64,000 bases of DNA from Daphnia carinata (taxonomy: Eukaryota). This document shows positions 27,612 through 40,221 of the stretch, piece by piece. A model generated the notes under the pieces. That model was not told the origin of the DNA and made no database searches. It saw nothing but the letters and a program-made list of their open reading frames with translations. The first letter of the stretch is position 1. Every line of letters starts with the position of its first letter. Where the stretch lies: NCBI RefSeq assembly GCF_022539665.2, contig NC_081333.1, forward strand, positions 4,030,001 to 4,094,000, read 5' to 3'. A program made the position numbers and the translations under genes.

Positions 27612-29857
27612 TTATTGGTGGCCGAACTGGTCGTACTTGTCGAACGAGGGAAGATGAACGACAATGCGATACCAGATTGTCTTAGACCTGAGGTAACTGT
27701 AGCTGTTGTCAAATTGCACCACATCTACATAGGCGAGAGTCAACAAATAAAATAGTGTCACAATAATAATTTAACAAAGGCCGAGTTCCACCAATAAACA
27801 GTCACTAATTGCGGCGTTACACTTCTCCGAAGTGAAACAAACCACTGCTATACCACTAATGGCGAACACGACCGTAGCAACACAAAACACGATGCAAATG
27901 CACACTACAAAACCCTAACTCTAAATCAACTATTCAATTTTCAAAGAACGACCAAAGCTCTAAAGATAGAGTCTGGGTAAGGTAAAGGTTAATTCAAGGT
28001 CTTCCACAGAATAGGTCTGACGCAAACCCATCCCACAATCGACCTTGTCGGAGATCATGGGAATACATAGAAGTCTATCGATCAACTTAACGTTACCACT
28101 GCTAACATACATTAAGCTAATTTAGAGAAAATTCTACTTACAAAGGGCTGGCCTTGTACAGACGATTTCCCCTTCTTCCATTATCATATGACTTTCAACT
28201 CTTACGTTGTTGATAACGTCCACTTTATCTTTTTCATTTTCGAGGTAATAAACTCGGAAACCAATATCACCTTCTTCCGTCATGAATTCAAACCTTTTTA
28301 ATATTCAAGATTAATATTAAATTTTCTTTAAGGATTAAAAGTTTGATTTACTTGAGCGTTGAATTAGCTGCAACAATTTTAAATTCCAATTTCTTTTTCA
28401 TGCCACAAGACAATATCAAAGACGCCATGTCTTCCTTTGGAAGAGGTTTCTCCATGCCGAGGTAATAAGAGGACGGCACTGGTCCTCCCACATTTACCTG
28501 TTTAATTTATAAAAGACAGTGCAACAATTGAATGCGACAAGTTGAAATTAGTTGTTCCTAACTGGATTACACACCATGTTGGAACATTTCGCATCTCCAT
28601 TCGAGTCGGTCATCGTGCCACCGTAATGAACTGGAAGTTGATCCGCATCGATCTCCTTCAACAAAGCAGTACTCCATTCATTTTTGTCGAAACCAAAGAC
28701 GCTCATTTTATCCAATGTCGACTGATGCAGAAAGGGTTTCACCATGGAAAATACGAACGTGAAAGCCTTGGGTGCTATGGCAAATATGACAATGAATTTT
28801 TAAATTTCTTACGTGAAATATTAAAGAATATCTTACCGTTAATTATGAATACACGACGAAGGCTTTCAGGATAGTTAGCTTCGGATATTTTGATTGCTTC
28901 AAAACCAACTTCTCTGACTGCCAATAAAAAAATAAGCTTACTAGTGATTCCTACTAAATTTTGTAATAAATAACTTACATGGTTTGAAAGACATTTGTCT
29001 CATGGATAACCCATCCATGTCGATAAGAAATGTCTGATGGGTTACAGGTTTCCCAGCCAGCAATGAATTCTTCCTCATTGTTGCGCAATTGCTTTCCGCC
29101 ATGTACGTAAGATATCGCAAATAATCTCGTTTGCTGACTGATTGCAACATTCCCCTCCAGTCAGCTTTTCCAAACGCAATAATCGACACTGCATTTCATT
29201 TACGTAATTTAAAAAAAAAATACTTCAACGCGTTGGTAAAATACAGTCTGTTATAGAATACGATTTCAATTTACCAGGACAAGCAAATTTATCATTTCCG
29301 ATTGTGCTCATCGGGTAGTATTTAACAAGTACCATCGGTGGCCTTTGAATTAAAAAAGACATGAAAATGCTGCACGTTTATAGAAAAAGAAATGTTTTCA
29401 AGTAAAAAAAATTATTAAAAATCAGTATTTACTGCCATTGATCGAGGATCTCATCAACGCGATTCGCTCTTCTCCATTCTATAGACTTTGTAAAAATATA
29501 GGATATTCAGTAAATATGAAGCCAACAATACATTTCAAGCCAACTTACGCGTCTTAGCATTTTCTCGGCTTGAACTAAATCGAAATCACGAGCTGATTGG
29601 AAGAAATTGAAATGTATTTAAATGAAACTATGAATAACGTATCAATAAGTAATAAGTATCAATAAGCTTACCGACGAGCCATTTAACAATGTCATCACCA
29701 CTACCGTCATTCAGATTACAGTCTGCGATGTTTCGTTTAAACTGCATTAAATGATAAATATTAGAAGAAAAAAATTCGAATACCACACAAGAAATAGTAC
29801 AAACAAGTCGTATACCTGCTTCAAAATTTCTTCGCGAGTTTCGCACGATACGACCAT
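27612..29857 (-). CDS. SEC14L2-like: SEC14-like lipid-transfer protein (CRAL-TRIO + GOLD), array member S1
   Basis: Spliced model: MVVSCETREEILKQ|FKRNIADC..KWLV|ARDFD..MLRR|SIEWRR..|..DKFACP|..GKADWRGMLQSV..IDMDGLSMRQM|..EANYPESLRRVFIIN|APKAF..KPFL..IDADQLPVHYGG|..|FEFMTEEGDIGF..|YVVQFDNSYSYLRSK..GHQ*. All introns are GT-AG. Confidence 0.92.
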
Positions 29858-30265
29858 CTTGGCACTGCAACTGTAAATCAACTTGCCAGTCCCCCTCACG
29901 ACTATTTTTTGCTCGTTCCTTGTCAGAACTAGGGTCACCAATAAAGGCGGGACTTGATTGGCTTTCTAGCTGTAAACCCATGATATACGTCTTCGAAGAA
30001 CTGCCAACCAATGGATTCATGCAGAGCGATAGAAAAGTGGATCGGTTCTAGTAATTGCCCTGTGTGCGCCATACTGGCATCTGGAAACGAACGAGGCTTT
30101 AACGCTTAGCCTTAAAATGGCGCCATAGCTCTGAAGCATTTAACTTAAACGAGATTCAATTGAATCAAATTGCTGTAAATTTACAACCGGGTTTGACTAG
30201 AGAAAAGCATCTAGAAAAATGAAAATTTTTACTCGTAACTTGTGCATTAGAGAATGACTAGTTTA

Positions 30266-31000
30266 TATAACTGGCCTTCAATGCCCACGTGATTGCCACT
30301 TGATGCAAAAACAATGCAACACATGCTGATAGTTGAGTTCGTTGTGTACGACTCCCGGTGTACGACTGAGGTCAAAATAGCGCGAAATTAAATACAATTG
30401 GCAGACAAAATTGCGTGGAAACGGCAACGTCTCGTCGAAAATGGGGGGACGAGTGAGCAATAAAGAACATGCCAAATATGAAGCCCTTGCCCTTAAATAT
30501 TTCTTGCAACAATGAAGGCAGGGTAAGTAAACAGGAAGACAATGACCTTTTTCTAGCTAAAAAAATTCAGGGTTGAATATCCTAAAATTTTGTATTCATG
30601 GACGCCATCTGATAAACTTTTCCATTAAACTAGAACATCGAGCCCTGTTCGTTGAAAACAAGCCTGTTGACCAACTGGTGTTTTGCGTCTGAAATTTATT
30701 ACCAAATGATACATAATCAACACCAGATTTATCATCTGGATAGTTCCCTTCATCGAAATTGAAATTGGAGATGGACGAATTATATGTTTGATGACCAGAA
30801 AAATATTTAAGTGAAACTGACCAGCGTGTCGACATTTAAAAAATTAAATGTTAGAATTAATACACTGTACTAGAATTTTGGCTTATGTAATGTTAAGCAA
30901 AAAGAACCTCGGTCCCTTTCCTGTTTGGCAAAAAACGAGTATAACATGTTTTGCCTAGATAACGTAGATCGTAACATCTACAGCTGCGTCAGGCCAGTTT
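30266..31000. repeat. S1/S2 intergenic spacer, diverged copy of the S2/S3 spacer
   Basis: Collinear shared blocks with ~33448-34200, e.g. GGGGGA(C/A)GAGTGAGCAA, TCTTGCAACAA..AGGCAGGGTAAG, CACCAGAT..ATCATCTGGATAGTTC, AAATTGAAATTGGAGATGG. Boundaries are approximate. Confidence 0.8.
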
Positions 31001-31223
31001 GTTAGAAACTACCAGATTGCAATAAGTGAACTGAGAAGACCTTTGGAATGTCGTTTATGTACTCTGATATATCGAACAGACAGTATACGTATTTCAATGA
31101 AATATAAACGGGGGCTATATGTGGTAAACATGTTTACAATGCACATTGTCTATGACATCTTGTTTTAAAAAAACCGAAATGATTGTCAATATCCATCACA
31201 ATTCCTCAGTTAGATGCAGTAGA

Positions 31224-33040
31224 TCAAGGAAAATCGATTGCGATTCTGTACCGGATTTCCTCAGATCGTAGGTAATTGTAACTGATGAATTCCACTACAT
31301 CTATGTGACAAAAAAACAATTAACTTGTGAATAACAGTCAGGTCTAAATTAACTTACGGAGGACTATTCGAGGGTACACAATTTCATCTTCTTCCATTAT
31401 CAAATTATCAATTTTTTCATTATTAACTAGATCTACCCTTTCGCCGTTTTTCTCCATGTAATGGATGCCGAAGCCAATGTCACCTTCTTGCCTCATAAAT
31501 TCCCACCTGTTGTGGAACCAATACAATCAGGTAATTAATAAAAAAACATTTGAATGTAAAATCATTTTTACTTGAGCATTGAATTGGCTTGCATGATTTT
31601 GTATTCAAGTTTTGTTTTACTACCCCTGGTCAACGTCAGTGACGTCATGTAATTCTTCGGAATGGGTTTCGTAAATTTGAGATAATAAGACTGCGGAACT
31701 TGTCCTCCCATGCAAAGCTGTTGGGTTACACTCGGTTAAGTTAATAGACATACCCAAAATCGAATAATAATTATGTCAATGCTTACCTTGCTGGAACATT
31801 TGATGTCTCCACTAGAGTCGGTCATCGTGCCACCGTAATAAACTGGAAGTTGATCCGCATCGATTTCTTTCAACAAAGCAGCACTCCATTCATTCTTGTC
31901 GAAACCAAAGACGCTGATTTTATTTAATGTCGACTGATGCAGAAATGGTTTCACCATGGAAAACACGTACGTGAAGATCCTGGGTGCTGACAAATAACAA
32001 ATAATTTTAAATCTTTTTCGAATTGAAATAGCAAAAGAAACATTTTACCGTTGATTATGAATACACGACGAAGACATTCAGGATAATTTGCCTCGGATAG
32101 TTTGATTGCCTCCATGCCAATTTCTCTTACTATCAGTGAAAATGAGTATATTTCAAATTTCAATTCAGATAAATAATATACATGGCCTGTAAGTCCTTTG
32201 CCTCATGGATAATCCATCCAGGTCGATAATAAATGTCTGATGAGTGATGGATTTCCCAGTCAGCAACGAAGTCTTTCTCATTCTTGCGTGATTTGCTTCC
32301 GCTATGTAGATTAGGTATCGCAACCAATCTTCTTTAGTGACCGATTGCAATATTCCTCGCCAATCAGCTCTTCCAAATGACGCAATTAACACTGCAATCA
32401 TTCCAGTTTTGCCAATTAAAAACCCCCAAAATAAATAAAGAAATTTTGGTTTGTTTAAAACTGAACGTCAATTTACCAGGACAACAAAATTTATCATTGC
32501 CGATAACGCTCATGGGATAGTACTTGGCAAGGACCAATGGTGGACTTGACAGAAACAGGGAAAATGAAGTTAGTCAAATACAAAACAGAACATTTTTTAG
32601 TCAAAAAAATTATTATAAATTACTACTCACGACCATCGGTGGAGGATCTCATCAACGCCGTTAGCTCTTCTCCACTCAACAGACTGTGTAAAAACAGAGT
32701 GTTAAATCAAAGTTAACGCTTATCAGTCCATGTATATAATCCAAACTGTCTTACGCGTCTAAGCATGTTTTCAGCTTGCTCCAGGTCAAAACTACAAACT
32801 GATTTGAAACCCAAAAAATTTTGTTCAATCAAGCAATGAGTATAACATGTAACCAAGTTTACCAATAAGCCATTTAATGACGTAATCATCATCATCACGA
32901 ATCAGGTGGCAATCAGCGATGTTTCGCTTAAACTGAATTAAAGTAATACAAACAAATTCAAAATCAATTCTAACAATGAAAACTTTCTAGTTCAATACCT
33001 GTTCTAAAATTTCCGCTCGATTTTCACTCGATACGACCAT
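31224..33040 (-). CDS. SEC14L2-like: SEC14-like protein S2 (probable S1/S3 hybrid; divergent, shortened GOLD end)
   Basis: MVVSSENRAEILEQ|FKRNIADC..|VCSFDLEQAENMLRR|..EANYPECLRRVFIIN|APRIF..DADQLPVYYGG|LCMGGQVP..|WEFMRQEGDIGF..|HVVEFISYNYLRS..IDFP*. The frame is intact up to TGA at 31226-31224. Confidence 0.85.
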
Positions 33041-33447
33041 CTTGATGTTGGAACTGCTAACTAACTTGCCCGTTACGCTCGCAAGACTTTATTATGTTAG
33101 TTTCCGTGAAGCTAATGTCAGCAATAGAGGCGTGACTTGATGGGTTTTTAAGCCAAGCGATTGATTTCCATGTAAAATGCTACTCCAACGTTGTTTTTTC
33201 TACATGTAAACCGATAAGTCAGAATAGGCGGGTTGGTATGGACTTAAAGTGCCAAGTTCAAGTCGTCATCTGAAACTAAAGAGATTTTAGTTAATCACAT
33301 TTAAGACATCATAGTTGACACACAATTTTATTTGATTGACTTTCATTCTTTTCACTTCAACATCAGAATTACTGTCTGGTAGCACGGGTCGTGGAGTGTG
33401 AAAAGTCAGACGTTAAAATGCACAGTAAACGCCCAAATTTACTTATT

Positions 33448-34200
33448 ATGTAACTGACCTTCAATAGGACAAAAAAATAGGAGCGCAAAGCAATATGGTT
33501 CGTTGTATCCGACAACCACTGTTCAACTGAGGTCTAAAAACTGAGGTCTAAAAATTTGAACAAAATTTAATAGCTGTGTTCTGGAAACCCTTCAAAATAG
33601 GGGGAAGAGTGAGCAACATCATTCCTTTCCTCTTCAAAATATCTTGCAACAACGAAAGGCAGGGTAAGCAAACTACAATGTAGCCGTTTTTCGTTTTCAA
33701 GTCAGGATTGTTAGAAATCCAAAAATATTTAAATGAATGGTCGGCATATGTAAAATGGTTGCTTCTTAAAATTAGATTCGAGTGCCGACCGTTAGTAACA
33801 AGAGTGCTGATCAACGGATATTTTGCAATTAATGATCAAATAAAACGTAATCAAAATTGCACATATTTTCAAAGAATTACATTTCTTTTAAGAGCCGAAT
33901 CAGCAACAACACCCGTGTCCAGCAAACACCAGATACATCATCTGGATAGTTCGATAAGTCCTTTATCAAAATTGAAATTGGAGATGGTCGTATTGAATGT
34001 TTAATTAAACAGACGGAGACTACATAGCACATAAAGGCTTTTCTAAAAACATATCGGATAGAATAAACACACTGTTCCGAATTCCAGATTATGTAGTGTC
34101 AAGTAAACACTCGATTTTTCTCCATTTGGCAAGAACAGGGTAGGCCACACATGCATACATTAGGGAACACATTCAAATCATAAACATACGCAGCTGCAGC
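33448..34200. repeat. S2/S3 intergenic spacer, diverged copy of the S1/S2 spacer
   Basis: Same collinear blocks as 30266-31000. It also holds a perfect 14-bp tandem duplication (CTGAGGTCTAAAAA x2) at 33527-33554. Boundaries are approximate. Confidence 0.8.
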
Positions 34201-34606
34201 ATGCTATAACTCCTCGAAAACTAACAGATGGCATGAATTTAACGATAGTGAACTTACATGACCTTTCTAGCGAACGGATGTCTTAAAATTACGAACTCTG
34301 CTGTATCCTACAAAAACTGCAAATTAAAGCTTTAAAAAACAAACAAACATGAACATAGCCAAACACTTTAGCTGAAAACTTTAATTCATTAAAACATTAA
34401 TTACCAATTTGTTGGGCTTAACGTAATTTTTTCGCGCGAATCGAATACGTTATGCTTGATCAGATAAAGCGACAATGATAGATTTGAGAAAACGTAAACC
34501 TTGTTAACAACACTTGTAAAATTCCGCAACAGCATGCTGGTAATAATTCTTTACAGAACTATAAACGTTTGTCTAAAGCAATAAAAGTTGTCAACCATTT
34601 CCAATT

Positions 34607-36546
34607 TCATTCTTCTTTCGGATCGAATTCCTCGTACGGTACATTGGATGAAGGGAGATCGACGATGATGCGGTACCAGATTTTCTTTGACCGTAAGAAA
34701 CTGTAGCTATTGTCAAATTCCACAACATCTATGTTACATCAAATGAAATCAAATGACAATTAGATTGTGATTAACATTGAACACTCAAATATCGACGAAC
34801 TTACAGAGGACTGGCCGAGTGCATGCAACCTCGCCTTCTTCCATAATTAAATTACTTTCAACTCTTTCGTTGTTGACTAGATCTACCCTCTCACCGTTTC
34901 GCTCCACGTAATGGATACCGAAGCCAATGTCCCCTTCCTCCGTCATAAATTCCCACCTTTTGATTAAAATCAGGTTATTTATTGAGAATATCTTCATTGT
35001 AAAGGTTACCGTTACCTGAGCACGGAATTGGTTTGAATAATTTTGTACTCAAGTTTTTTCTTACTGCCACTAGACAACGTCAAAGACGTCATGTACTCCT
35101 TGGGCGTCGGTTTCACCACTTCCATGTAATATGATGGTGGTACTTCTCCACCCAAGCAAATCTTTTCATTCCAATGAATTATTAAAAGGTTCTGTAACAA
35201 TTGAATGATGATGTCTCACCTTGCTGGAACATTTAGGGTCTCCATTTGAGTCCGTCATCGTGCCGCCATAATAAACTGGAAGTTGATCCGCATCAATTTC
35301 TTTCAGCAAAGCAGCGCTCCATTCATTTTTGTCGAAGCCAAAGACGCTGATTTTGTCCAACGTCACCTGGTGCAGAAATGGTTTCACCATAGAAAAGACG
35401 AAAGTGAAGGCCTTGGGCGCTAACAAACAGCAATTAATTTTTTAGTTTTTTAAAAACTGATATAACAAGGAAGATTTTACCATTGATTATGAATACACGA
35501 CGAAGACTTTCTGGATAATTTGCCTCGGATAGTTTGATCCCTTCGATTCCAACTTCTCTAACTGACAGTTGAAAATTTGTTTTTCACCTTTTCGCATGAA
35601 ATATTTAAATATTAAGGACTCACAAGGCTTGTAGGACATTTGTCTCATCGATAATCCATCCATATCGATAATAAACGTCTGATACGTGACTGGTTTTTGT
35701 GTTTGCAAAGAATTCTTCCTCATTTCTTTGAAGCTCTTTTCGGCCATGTAACAAATGTACCGCAAATAATCTCGTTTACTGACCGATTGCAGAATTCCCC
35801 TCCAATCAGCATTGCCGAACGACACGATCCACACTTCATTTAAATGAACCGAATTAACTCAAATGGCTTAGAAACAATTTAATACAACCTCACCAGGACA
35901 TGATTGTTTATCGTTACCAATAATTCCCATTGGATAGTATTTGACCAGAACCAAAGGTGGCCTTAAATATTAAACAAAACAAGCATAACACGATTGATTA
36001 AACTTCGTACACTTCATTTGTAAACAATTCAAGCTAGCGTGAAAAAATTACTTACTCCCATTGCTCTACGATTTCGTCGATTCGGTTCGCGCGCCTCCAT
36101 TCCAATGACTGCGAAGAATAACCGAAATAAGGGTGTTGAAAGATTTGTTGAATTATGATAATAAAAAAAGGGGGGAAACTCACGCGTCGAAGCATCTTCT
36201 CAGCTTGATCGACATCAAAATTACGAGCTGTCAAAGATAAGCCATATCAGTTAGACATTCGCCCGTCACGTTTTCTTTAATCACGTTTCTCACCGTGCCA
36301 CTGGGGGCGTACAAAACAAAACGTTACAAAGCCGAAAATCATAACTTACCAACAAGCCATTTGACGACGTAGTCATCACTCGAGTCAATCAATTTGCAAT
36401 CTTTGATGCTTTCCTTAAGCTGAAATAAAGAACAATGGATTTTCTAGAACAAACGGAAATAAAATTTAAAAAAAAAAGAAAAAGACCCAAGTATTTACCT
36501 GAGCAAACGTTTCTTTTTGAAGCTCGTTCAATTGGGACAACATCAT
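34607..36546 (-). CDS. SEC14L2-like: SEC14-like protein S3
   Basis: MMLSQLNELQKETFAQ|LKESIKDCKL..KWLV|ARNFDVDQAEKMLRR|SLEWRR..|..GNADWRGILQSV..|EANYPESLRRVFIIN|APKAF..LPVYYGG|ICLGGEVP|WEFMTEEGDIGF|YVVEFDNSYSFLRSKK..PKEE*. Confidence 0.93.
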
Positions 36547-38213
36547 CTTGATGTTCGAGTTGTAAATCAAATGACAAGCAGGTCAGTTTTGCCTCTGTTT
36601 TATATATCCGGACGGGGAAAGGCGGGACTGAACGGCTTATGTAAGTAAACAAAAGGTGGACAGATAGATTATATTTTGCGATAAGATTCTTTCGAATACC
36701 TCCATTATGATTCGCGTATTCTTGATTAACACTACGTGACACACGAGGCATAAATCTGGTTTCCGGATCTGCTATGGATTTTGGAGTCAGCATGAAAGAT
36801 TGATGTTGATGTCAAGAACAGCTCCTCTCTGCCGATACAATCTTGATGCTTTATGGGCAAAAATTAATGGTTTTATTATGAATTAACAAAAGGTACATCG
36901 CCTACAGTTTTAAGTTAGCATTATCGTAGTACAATGGAAGGTTGACACCTTTATATTTTTAATTTAATTTGGCAAAGGTACGTAATTTAGTGGCTAAAAA
37001 GGTAGTAGCTGTTGATACATGACATAACTCGCGGATAAATAAGTTAACCCTGTAGGTAGAATAAATCATACAAGTTTGATAACGAAACATGTCGATGAGT
37101 ATCCTTTGACCTCGACTGTAGAACAGCTATTTTTATAATAAATTCTTAACATTTGTTGCTTAATTATTTATCGCGAGTACATGCAGACTTAGTTCTTACG
37201 CCATGCCAAGCAACGTAGATTACAGTAATGCTTTCTAAAATAGAAACAACAAGACCTAAAAAGGGGATCTTTGGAACTGTTTGTAGCTATTTATGGAAAT
37301 TGGTTAGACATGTCAACAGATAACTCAACCGGGCAAACGCACAAGCTACGACTTTTGAACATTTTAACCACAGCTAATGAGGGCTAAAGAAAGTTGAGCT
37401 TCACGTTTGAAGTGTATCCGAGGATGGTTTACGTAACAGAAACAGAAAAAGGACGACCATAAGAAAAAATCCATAACCTTTAGACATAGCTCGTCATCAA
37501 ACCATACCTATTTCATCCATACCAAGTTCATATTAATCAAATTCGAGAACAGATGTAAGCTGAATCAAATTGTACTGTTATGAAATTGCTCATAACAATT
37601 TTGTAGTTTTTAAGCTTATAAAATTTTAAATGTAATTAAAACAGTCAAAATGAAAATCGTTTCTTACCAAAAATCACAACAAAAACAGATGTATCTTGAA
37701 CTTGGGCAATTTCATAGGTCTGCGACCTTACACCAACTACTGGAAAGTACACGTGTATTTTGTCTAGTCCTAAGGTTGGGGGGCCTTCACATAGAGGTAG
37801 GGTAAGAAAAAGGGCGCCAAAATCGTCGAAAATCATGGGAGGGGGAAACAAAATTTTGTATAATTTTCAGCCAAAAGCAGTGACACGTCACCCTCTACAA
37901 AAACAAAAACAGATTCAAGGGCAACGATGTTCAGTTCAAGAATGGGAGGTAGGGTACGCAAATACCAAAGGATCAAAACCTATGCAAATGACCACATCCA
38001 AAAAAGAAACTATGAAATAAAAAAAAAACATGGCAGAATCGATAACAATGAATTCAATTAGGAAAAATTTCCTTTTCATCGTCACCAGAAAAAAAGAAAC
38101 ACAATAGTCAAAGCCAATTATCACCCATTTATTTGACACAGAATTTTCTTTTACTCTTACACAAAAACATTAAAAGAATGATAACACATTCAATACCTGT
38201 TTATCAGATAACT

Positions 38214-40221
38214 CTAACAAATGGCTGCATTTACCTCGATGTGGTAATGAACTTTTTTCGACTTGAAGAAACTGAAACCGTTTTCAAACTCGACCACATC
38301 TGTGTATTCAAAATGATTAAGCCTTTTCACTTTCAATATAAAAGATTTTAATTATCTTACATTTGCCGATATAATCGCAAATAATTTCTCCTTCTTCCAT
38401 GACCAGATGACTCTCGATTCGACTGACTGGAACCACTTCGATAATCTCTTCTTTTTCAGTAATAGTGACGTGATAGATTCGGAATCCTATATCACCACCT
38501 TCTGTCATAAATTCCCACCTACAACACGAACGTTTAAAAAAAATGTGCACATCTAACGAAAGGTGTTCAAATGAATCACCTGAGAACGGAACTAACGGAA
38601 GCCACGTCGAATTCCAGTTGTTTCTTACTGCCACTTCCGATTTCTAAATTAAGCATCCCTTCCTTTGGCACTGGTTTGCTATTGCTGACGTAATATGAAC
38701 GCGGTACTGGTCCTCCCATATTAAACTATCGATTTTTTACAAAACTGTTATTTGCATAAATAGGATTTAAAAAAAAAAATAAAACCTTGTGTGGACATTT
38801 GGGATCGTCTGTTTCGGGATCGGTCATAGTCCCACCGTAATGGGCAGGTAGTTGGTCAGCGTCAATGTCTTTCAATAAAGCCGCTTTCCATTCCTCTTTA
38901 TCAAATCCATATACGCAGATCTTTTCGATCGTTACTTGATGCATAAAAGGTCTCATCATATTATAGATGACGGTGAATAGTTTAGGAGCTGTCCCGTTAA
39001 ACAAGTCACTTGAAAAATAATTAATTCACGATTTCATATTTCATATCTACCGTTGATGATGAAAATACGTCGAAGATTCTCCGGGTAATTAGCTTCATAT
39101 ATCCTCAGCATTTCGTTCCGGACCTCGTTTACTATGAAATTTAGAGAATCGAATTGATTTGAAAAATGTTATGTCATTATTTGTTACATAAAAAAATTAA
39201 AAACAAAAAAAAAAGGACCTGGGCGATAAGCCATTTGCCACATTGACAAATTTTCCATGTCGGCAACGACGCAAATGTTCTGAGTTGCGCAACGTTCGGG
39301 ATTTTGCCGCATATTTAACGCGTTCTTCTCCATAATGTAAATCATGAATCGCGTTAGATCTTTTTTCTTCGTCGATTGCATAATGCCACGGATGTCAATC
39401 GGTCCTTGGGCGCTGATCCAAACTGAAAATTAAATGCGCTTTATAACGGATGGCTGGTTACCATGTAGAAATGTTTCAAACTTACGAGGGCAGCCGAATT
39501 TGTCATATCCGGTTTGGCCGATGGAATAATATTTTTCAATTACTTCGGGCGGTGCCCATGTTTCGAGAATATCGTTCACCCGATTTAATCGCCGCCACTC
39601 CAACGACTGCATCAATGAAATTTATTGTTATGATTACAATTTTATAAACTAGAAAGTTGTGTCACGCACTTGGCGTAGCATTTTGTCGGCAAGATCCACT
39701 TTGTAGTTGCGGGCTATAAAACCATAATATTTCACGCTTAATAAATTGTTGATAGATTTATTTCGTTTGTTAGCAACTCACCAATAAGCCATTTGAGGAG
39801 GAACGCATCACTAGAGTCGGCAAGTTGACAATCGCTGACCTTCTCCCTAAACTGTAATTTTTACAACAAGCATTTAATAAAAAAATTTTTACGGGAATCT
39901 GTTTCGAGGTGAAGCACCTCGCGCCATCTACTGTCGGACAGTAAAACGAATAATGTAAATAAATTAACGTCAATCTTTCACCACCTCACCGCCATTTCTC
40001 GCCTGGCAGTGATAGCGAGTCGTTAAAAACACAACCACAAACGAAATTCGACACATCATTTTCACGTGCAAATGGTTTGTTTCACTCCACAGACAAGCCA
40101 CACAAAGCCACCCAAATTTTACTCTACTACTACTAAACAGGTAGGCTTGTTGACACTGTTCTCTTACCTCGTTTAAAATCTTTTTCTGCTCGTCCGTGAG
40201 CTGTTTCGTGTTGTCAGCCAT
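38214..40221 (-). CDS. SEC14L2-like: SEC14-like protein S4
   Basis: MADNTKQLTDEQKKILNE|..KWLI|ARNYKVD..|SLEWRRLNRV..YDKFGCP|..|YEANYPENLRRIFIIN|APKLF..IDADQLPAHYGG|FNMGGPVP|WEFMTEGGDIGF|YVVEFENGFSFFKSKKV..AAIC*. Confidence 0.92.
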
